Positions 58,530 through 64,000 of a stretch of 64,000 bases of DNA are shown piece after piece (the first letter of the stretch is position 1; each line of letters opens with the position of its first letter). Location of the stretch: assembly GCA_025058055.1 (NCBI GenBank), contig JANXEU010000007.1, forward strand, positions 379 to 64,378. Reading direction: 5' to 3'. The position numbers were made by a program, and so were the translations under genes. The notes under the pieces are model-generated. The model ran no database searches and had not been told where the DNA came from. It worked only from the letters and a program-made list of their open reading frames with translations. Source of the DNA: Candidatus Calditenuaceae archaeon. GTDB lineage: Archaea > Thermoproteota > Nitrososphaeria_A > Caldarchaeales > Calditenuaceae.

Positions 58530-58933
58530 AGAAGGACAGGTACGTGGTTTTGGACGCTACTCCATTAATCGTCAGCCCATCGGTCCCCACGGGCGAGGCT
58601 GTTGCCGTAACGACGCCCTCGGTCGTCTATGAGCTCCTCAGAACCACGTCAGAGGTTCAGGAGGCGCGAATCACGGCGCTGCTGGAGGCGGGCCACCTCA
58701 ACGTCATGACGCCGTCCAAAAGCTACTTGGAGAGGGTCTGGCGGTCTATGAACAAAAGGGAGAAGTCTGGCGCGTCGGAGGCTGACGTTGAGGTGATAGC
58801 CATAGCCCTGCAGCTGGCCGACGCTGGAAACGACGTCGTCCTCCTCTCAGATGACTCAGTCGTCCAGAAGGTCGCGGCGAAATTGGGGATCCGCTGCAGG
58901 GGGGTGAAGTATCCTAAGCGTGAAGGAGCATGA
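58514..58933 (+). CDS. Nob1-like PIN-domain nuclease (no Zn ribbon)
   Basis: VLDAT, TTPSVVYE, SEADVEVIAIA, SDDSVVQ.VA..LG. Confidence 0.78.
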   Translation: MDGEVKKDRYVVLDATPLIVSPSVPTGEAVAVTTPSVVYELLRTTSEVQEARITALLEAGHLNVMTPSKSYLERVWRSMNKREKSGASEADVEVIAIALQLADAGNDVVLLSDDSVVQKVAAKLGIRCRGVKYPKREGA

Positions 58934-59817
58934 GGAGGTTCAGGGTCGCGGTGGTAGGGCATTTAGTCATAGACGAGGTCGTCGTCAAGGCCGGCTCTTA
59001 CTCCTCGATCGGCGGAGTGCCTACCTACGCTGGGCTTTCGATAGCCGCGCTGGGGCACGAGCCACACGCCGTGACCGTCGTCGGCGCCGACGGACTTCAA
59101 GCTCTGAAGGAGCTGGAAGGGCTCGGAGTCTCAGTTGATAGGGCCACGGTTTCCGGGGACCGAACCACGAGGTTCAGGATCGTTTACTCGGACGACCAGA
59201 GGGAGATGTGGCTGCTCAGCAGGGCACCGGACATACTCGTGGAGTCCCTGGGGGAGGAATTCGACGCGGTCTACCTAGGGCCGGTGGCTGGAGAAGTTAA
59301 GGCAGAGCTACTCGATAAGGCTAGGCTCTTCAGGTGGTCGCTGCTCGACCCTCAGGGTCTGATGCGCAGATTCGGCGAGGGAGGCAGGCTGACCTCCTTG
59401 GACCCCATCGATCCGGACGCGTTCAAGAGCGTCAGGGTGATCAAGCTCGCATGGGAAGAGGCTAGGGCCCTCGGATACAACAGCCCTGAGCAGGCTGTGA
59501 ACGAGCTGAGCCGGACGATCGGGTCTACCATAGCGGTTACTCTGGGAAGGAGAGGTGTCCTCGTCTCAAACGGCGACCGCGAAGTCAGGGGACGGATCGA
59601 TTTAGAACCGGTAGACGCAACGGGTGCCGGGGACGTCTTCGGCGGAGCCTTCTTGGTGGGTCTGATGGAGACAGGAGACCTTTCTGAGGCGACGGCCCTA
59701 GGCCTCTCTGCATCGGCCGAGAGGGTGATGAGGATGGGGCCAGTGAGGCTGGATGGAAACGCGATCAGGAGGAGGGCCAGAGAGACCCTCAGGAGGCTTG
59801 AAGTGAGCCGACGGTGA
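58930..59817 (+). CDS. PfkB-family carbohydrate kinase
   Basis: GG..TY, VTLG..G, DATGAGDVF. Confidence 0.9.
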   Translation: MRRFRVAVVGHLVIDEVVVKAGSYSSIGGVPTYAGLSIAALGHEPHAVTVVGADGLQALKELEGLGVSVDRATVSGDRTTRFRIVYSDDQREMWLLSRAPDILVESLGEEFDAVYLGPVAGEVKAELLDKARLFRWSLLDPQGLMRRFGEGGRLTSLDPIDPDAFKSVRVIKLAWEEARALGYNSPEQAVNELSRTIGSTIAVTLGRRGVLVSNGDREVRGRIDLEPVDATGAGDVFGGAFLVGLMETGDLSEATALGLSASAERVMRMGPVRLDGNAIRRRARETLRRLEVSRR

Positions 59818-59832
59818 TCAGGTCTTCAAGGG

Positions 59833-60423
59833 TCACAGTTTGAGCCTGTTCACCAAGCTCCTTGCCAACTCCAGCTCCTCCGGCGAATCTACGTCCATCA
59901 GCTCCAGAGGGTCGACCTCGACGGCAACGGCCGACCCGATGTGACGCATCACCACCCTCTTTGCTCCCTCGTCGCCTTCTAGGGCCATCAAGTCCTTGAA
60001 GTACCTCGAGCTGAAGGCCACCGGGCTGCGAACCTCCCCAGCGACTGCGCAGTAAGCTATCCCTTCCCCACAGGCCTTCACCAACTTGTTCAGCGTTTCG
60101 GACCTCACGAAGGGCATGTCGCCGGGACAGATGATCACACCTTCAGCCCTCGCCATCACCGCTTCAACCCCCTTCCTTATGCTCGAGGACATCCCTGATG
60201 ACCAATCCGAGTTCAGGACCACCTCCACGCCCTTCGGCAGAACGCTCCGGACCCGTTCAGCCATGTAGCCGAGCACGACCACGACGGGACTGCATTCAGA
60301 GCCAAGAGCCGCCTCGACAACCCTCCTCACCACCTCCTTCCCCCCGACCTCTTCGACCAGCTTGAACCCTCCCCTCATCCTAATCGAGGCACCCGCACCG
60401 AGAACAATGGCCGCGAACCTCAT
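59833..60423 (-). CDS. mocA: Molybdenum cofactor cytidylyltransferase (MocA-like)
   Basis: IVLGAG.S.RM, GMSSSI..G, GDMPFV, GDEGAK, DVDSPEE. Confidence 0.82.
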   Translation of the reverse strand: MRFAAIVLGAGASIRMRGGFKLVEEVGGKEVVRRVVEAALGSECSPVVVVLGYMAERVRSVLPKGVEVVLNSDWSSGMSSSIRKGVEAVMARAEGVIICPGDMPFVRSETLNKLVKACGEGIAYCAVAGEVRSPVAFSSRYFKDLMALEGDEGAKRVVMRHIGSAVAVEVDPLELMDVDSPEELELARSLVNRLKL

Positions 60424-60492
60424 TCCATTTTCACCCAACTCAACGTAACATTCTTATACCATCTTATTACAATAATTGCTGAGTGATGGAAG

Positions 60493-60624
60493 ATGCCAGC
60501 TAAGAAGGTGAAGAAGAAGGCAGCGAAGAAGAAGGTGGCGAAGAAGGCTCCGGCCAAAAAGAAGCCGGTTGCCAAGCCACCGGAGAAGCCACCAGCACAG
60601 GCAGCCCCACCGGCCGGGACATAA
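60493..60624 (+). CDS. Small basic Lys/Ala/Pro-rich protein (histone H1 C-tail-like), 43 aa
   Basis: Not in the track. MPAKKVKKKAAKKKVAKKAPAKKKPVAKPPEKPPAQAAPPAGT; GAGTGA RBS-like motif upstream, AAG codons, T-run downstream; fills the mocA-tatA gap. Confidence 0.75.
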   Translation: MPAKKVKKKAAKKKVAKKAPAKKKPVAKPPEKPPAQAAPPAGT

Positions 60625-60662
60625 GCTTCCCCAGGCCCCAACACAAGACGATGCATTTTTTG

Positions 60663-60911
60663 TTACTTCGCTTCCGTTCTCTTCGATCTGTTCCTGATCT
60701 CCTCAATTAGCTCCTCTCTGGTCTTACCCTCGGTAGGTATGCCAAGGCGCTCGGCCAGCCTGTAAACCTCGTCATCCGACCCGACCCGGGAGGCCTCAGC
60801 CTTCAGCCTTCCCAGAGTTCTCCCCCACCTCACCAGAACCTCTGGCTTCAATAGCACCCAGATGAGGATGATGGCCGCGATCAGCAGAAGGGCCTCTGTT
60901 ACCGAGATCAA
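60663..60911 (-). CDS. TatA/B-like protein (paralog 2)
   Basis: N-terminal TM, KP hinge, amphipathic helix, C-terminal LGIPTEGKT motif shared with the upstream tatA. Confidence 0.7.
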   Translation of the reverse strand: MISVTEALLLIAAIILIWVLLKPEVLVRWGRTLGRLKAEASRVGSDDEVYRLAERLGIPTEGKTREELIEEIRNRSKRTEAK

Positions 60912-60917
60912 TGGAGC

Positions 60918-61220
60918 TCACTTCTTCTCCTTGAGCTTCGCCGCGATCTCGTCCGCTATCTGATCCTTCGTCTTGCCCTCGGTCTCGATTCCGAGCGACC
61001 TAGCGATCGATATTATGTCCGCTGAGGACTGCGGAGCAGCGAGTGATGTGGGCTCGCCGACGCCCGATCTCAACTCCTCTTGAAGGTCCCTAGAGGCCCT
61101 TTCGTACTCCCTCCTCGCCTGACCTATCGCCCTAGCAATCTTCGGGATCTTCTCAGGGCCCCAGAGGAGTAAGATGGCAACTACAACGAGCACGATCACC
61201 CACTCCATGCCCTGGATCAA
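60918..61220 (-). CDS. tatA: Twin-arginine translocase subunit TatA
   Basis: MEWVIVLVVVAILLLWGPEKIPKIARAIG....EY; start TTG 61220 or ATG 61208. The longer track ORF is antisense to rfcS. Confidence 0.88.
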   Translation of the reverse strand: MIQGMEWVIVLVVVAILLLWGPEKIPKIARAIGQARREYERASRDLQEELRSGVGEPTSLAAPQSSADIISIARSLGIETEGKTKDQIADEIAAKLKEKK

Positions 61221-61341
61221 GGCCTTTTCCCAACCGCTGTTTCGCCCTCCACGTAAAAAGGTTTCCCGGCAACGCGCAGAGACCTGCACGGGGCTCGGAC
61301 TAGCTTTAACTAATATTGTGTGGTCGGGGGTAACTAACGGA

Positions 61342-62313
61342 ATGAGCGAGGGCATCCCTTGGATCGAGAAGTACAGGCCAAAATCGCTCAGGGACGTGAT
61401 CGACCAGGAGCCGATTGTTGAGGCGCTGACGGGTCTACTGAAGACGAAGGGCATCCCCCACATGATCTTCACCGGCCCCCCGGGCGTAGGGAAGACTGCC
61501 GCGGCACACGCCCTCGCGAGAGACCTCTTCGGCGATAGGTACGTCGAGGACGGACACTTCCTCGAGATCAACGCATCTGATGAGCGCGGTATCGATGTGA
61601 TCAGGGAGAAGGTCAAGACGTTCGCTAGGATGATCCCAATGGCTGGACCGGGCTTCAAGATACTGCTCCTCGACGAGTCGGACATGCTTACGGCCGAGGC
61701 CCAGCACGCCTTCAGGCGGGTGATGGAGCAGTTCTCTGCGACCTGCAGGTTCATCCTCGCGGCGAACTACCTCAACAGGATCATTGAACCTATACAGTCC
61801 CGATGCGCGGTGTTCAGGTTCAGGGCGATCGACGAGTCCGGCGTTAGGAAAATGGTCGAAAGGGTCTCAAAATCTGAGGGGATAAGCGTGGAAGAGGGGG
61901 CCCTGAAGGCCCTCTACGAGGTCTCCGAGGGCGACCTGAGGAAGGTCTTGAACGTCCTGCAGACCGCTTCGATCTACTCTCGAACCGTGACGGCCGACCT
62001 CGTTTACAGGGTCGTGGGGTTCGCGGCTGCTGTCGATGTGAGGAGGATGATGGAGCTGGCCCTGAACGGCAAGCTCGACGAGGCCAAACGGGTCCTCAGA
62101 CAAGCCCTCTACGTCAACGGCGTGTCCGAGAGGGAGATCTTGAACCGGATGTACGCCGAGGTCTTCTACATCCCCGTGAGGGAGGTCGACAAAGCTAGGA
62201 TCCTCAGCCTGCTAGGAGAGATCGATTACCGCATATCACAGGGCGCCACGCCAGAGGTTCAGATCATGACGGTCCTCGCGACCCTTCAATCAGCTTCCCA
62301 GGCCCTCAAGTAG
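61342..62313 (+). CDS. rfcS: Replication factor C small subunit
   Basis: PWIEKYRP, GPPGVGKT, EINASDERGID, LDE.D, IQSRC. No intein. Confidence 0.96.
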   Translation: MSEGIPWIEKYRPKSLRDVIDQEPIVEALTGLLKTKGIPHMIFTGPPGVGKTAAAHALARDLFGDRYVEDGHFLEINASDERGIDVIREKVKTFARMIPMAGPGFKILLLDESDMLTAEAQHAFRRVMEQFSATCRFILAANYLNRIIEPIQSRCAVFRFRAIDESGVRKMVERVSKSEGISVEEGALKALYEVSEGDLRKVLNVLQTASIYSRTVTADLVYRVVGFAAAVDVRRMMELALNGKLDEAKRVLRQALYVNGVSEREILNRMYAEVFYIPVREVDKARILSLLGEIDYRISQGATPEVQIMTVLATLQSASQALK

Positions 62314-62388
62314 AGCGTCAGAACCCTTAAGTCAATCTCGCGCTCGGAGCCTTTGATACGACTGAGGTACTTTCTCGTTCTCCGCGTC

Positions 62389-62946
62389 ATGAAGTCCACC
62401 GAACGAGAGTCGGCTCCGTTTGTCGTCAACACACATATAGTTGGTCTAGCTAGAACCGCTGTGCCCGCTAAGGTCGACAAGATAACGTCTGAGGTCGTGA
62501 GGTTGCTGAACGATCCGGCGCTCAAGGGCTTAGCCACGCTGAGGCACTACCCGATGGAGAAGAGGATCTACGCGCGGTTCGGGAGATGCGGGTTCGCTCT
62601 GGACCTTCTGTTCGACTCGGGGAGGGAGACCAGACACGTCTCGATACTGGTCGAGGCAGTGGCTTCGGGATCGGGAAGGAGAGGTAAGCGGGGGTTCTTG
62701 AAGTCTCAGGGTACCGTGACCGCCCACTTCGTCGAACTGGTAGGCAACACGAGGCGTTACAGGACGATCAGGTCGGCTTACAGGGACGCGGACGAGCTCT
62801 TCTCCCAAGTGGAGAAGGTCAGGGCCGAGTTCTACAGGAGGTACGAGGAGATCAGGGCAAGGGTTCCAGAAGCGGTGGGAAGGGTAGAGGCCGAGGTCTT
62901 CCACTCTATCGGCGTGAGAGAGCCAGACCTCTTCCTCGGAGTCTAG
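62389..62946 (+). CDS. Hypothetical protein
   Basis: 185-codon ORF filling the rfcS-trx gap with genome-like codon usage; no family recognised. Confidence 0.65.
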   Translation: MKSTERESAPFVVNTHIVGLARTAVPAKVDKITSEVVRLLNDPALKGLATLRHYPMEKRIYARFGRCGFALDLLFDSGRETRHVSILVEAVASGSGRRGKRGFLKSQGTVTAHFVELVGNTRRYRTIRSAYRDADELFSQVEKVRAEFYRRYEEIRARVPEAVGRVEAEVFHSIGVREPDLFLGV

Positions 62947-63383
62947 CTCAGATACCTCTCGATCATCGACTTGAACTTCTGCTTAGGCATGGCGCCCACT
63001 ATCGCGTCTATCGGCTTTCCTCCCCTGAAGACCATGAAGGTCGGTATGCTCATTATCCCGAACCTCGCCGCGGTCCTCGGGTTCTCATCGACGTTTAGCT
63101 TGGCGAACACCACTCTTCCCGCCATCTCCTTGGCTAGGTCCTTCACCACTGGAGCCATGAACCTGCAGGGCATGCACCACTCAGCCCAGAAGTCCACGAT
63201 CACCAAGCCGTGAGACTTAACGAACTCGTCGAAGTTCGCGTCCGTCAGGTCAACAGGAGCATCTATCGACTGCTGCGGCTTGGGGTCGTCACCGCTGACC
63301 GAGGATCGCATCCGATCCCATAGCTTCCTGTTTTTGATCTTCTCAAGTTCTGAGTCGTCCAACCCGCTCATGCTCCCATTCAA
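62943..63383 (-). CDS. trxA: Thioredoxin
   Basis: VDFWAEWCMPC, LNVDENP, SIPT. Confidence 0.93.
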   Translation of the reverse strand: MNGSMSGLDDSELEKIKNRKLWDRMRSSVSGDDPKPQQSIDAPVDLTDANFDEFVKSHGLVIVDFWAEWCMPCRFMAPVVKDLAKEMAGRVVFAKLNVDENPRTAARFGIMSIPTFMVFRGGKPIDAIVGAMPKQKFKSMIERYLS

Positions 63384-63515
63384 CGTTTTGGCTGGTAAAT
63401 AGGGTTGCCTCAGGACGCTGCGAGACGTATGTCCTCATCAACCGTCTAATTGCGCGATTTACGGGGCTTAGTCGGTGCGAATCGGTGAAATACCGCTAGC
63501 CGGTGAGGAGGCTCG

Positions 63516-64000
63516 ATGAGGGTCGTCTCTTTGGTTCCCAGCGTCACCGAAAGCCTTTACGCTCTGGGGATGCATGACGAAGTAGTCGGCATAACCTATG
63601 CTTGCCCTAACCCCGAGCCCAATCACCACAGGAGGGTAGTTGTAAGGCCTGTGCTGAATACCGAGAACATGGGCCAGCTCGAGATCGATAATGCGGTGAG
63701 GGAACACCTAGCGGCACGTAAGCCTCTTTACGAGATTGACTATGAAGCCATTCTCAACCTCAGGCCCGATTTGATAGTGGTTCAGGACCTGTGCCACGTC
63801 TGCGCCGTAACCCCTTCGCAGGTCCAGGTCGAGGGCCTTCCGAGGACGATCGCTGTCGCGCCGAAGACGGTGAACGAGTCCCTTCAGTCGATCCTCGAGT
63901 TGGCTAGGCTCGTGGGGAGGGAGGCGGAGGGCAAGGAACTGGTTGAACGATTGAGAATGAGGCTCGATTTGGTGCGGGACTTGGTCTCGGGGCTCGAGGT
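63516..64000 (+). CDS. BtuF/FepB-like cobalamin/iron-complex binding protein, 3' end outside the window
   Basis: Not in the track; hand translation MRVVSLVPSVTESLYALG..VVGITYAC...LRPDLIVVQDLCHVCAV; GAGGAGG RBS. Confidence 0.8.
   Translation, partial: MRVVSLVPSVTESLYALGMHDEVVGITYACPNPEPNHHRRVVVRPVLNTENMGQLEIDNAVREHLAARKPLYEIDYEAILNLRPDLIVVQDLCHVCAVTPSQVQVEGLPRTIAVAPKTVNESLQSILELARLVGREAEGKELVERLRMRLDLVRDLVSGLE

Noticed and set aside
61221-61754. 278-aa TatA with a long N-terminal extension
   Set aside because: The extension is mostly the antisense shadow of rfcS; the TatA TM helix begins near 61208-61220.
1-64000. CRISPR arrays, IS elements, integrase/att site at tRNA-Val, inteins
   Set aside because: No regular repeats, transposase or integrase ORFs, tRNA 3' duplication or intein-sized insertions were seen by eye.

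Overview
Archaeal DNA (TBP, thermosome, Alba, topoisomerase VI B, RFC-S, uS19, archaeal tRNA-Val). The gene set and oxygenases suggest an aerobic, probably thermophilic TACK archaeon; Aigarchaeota/Caldarchaeales is a guess, not shown. All family assignments come from motif recognition; no database search was run. The first ~29 kb is a continuous (hetero)aromatic catabolic island. It encodes four types of acyl-CoA ligase, an HpaBC-type flavin monooxygenase, three xanthine-dehydrogenase-family Mo subunits with no FAD or Fe-S partners in the window (two resemble 2-furoyl-CoA dehydrogenase HmfA), a LigAB-type extradiol dioxygenase, three RraA/HMG aldolases, a thioesterase, amidohydrolases and a Liv-type ABC importer. 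The rest is mostly housekeeping with several unusual modules: cobY-like/FbiB-C nitroreductase/cofD (a possible PEP-type F420 route), a methyltransferase-Ddl fusion, an SBP56/methanethiol oxidase-like module, and a CBS + C4HC3 RING-like fusion. Features missing from the ORF track are two edge-truncated genes, a tRNA, a box C/D guide RNA matching the 23S peptidyl-transferase region, and a 43-aa histone-H1-like Lys/Ala/Pro protein. No CRISPR array or mobile element was seen.
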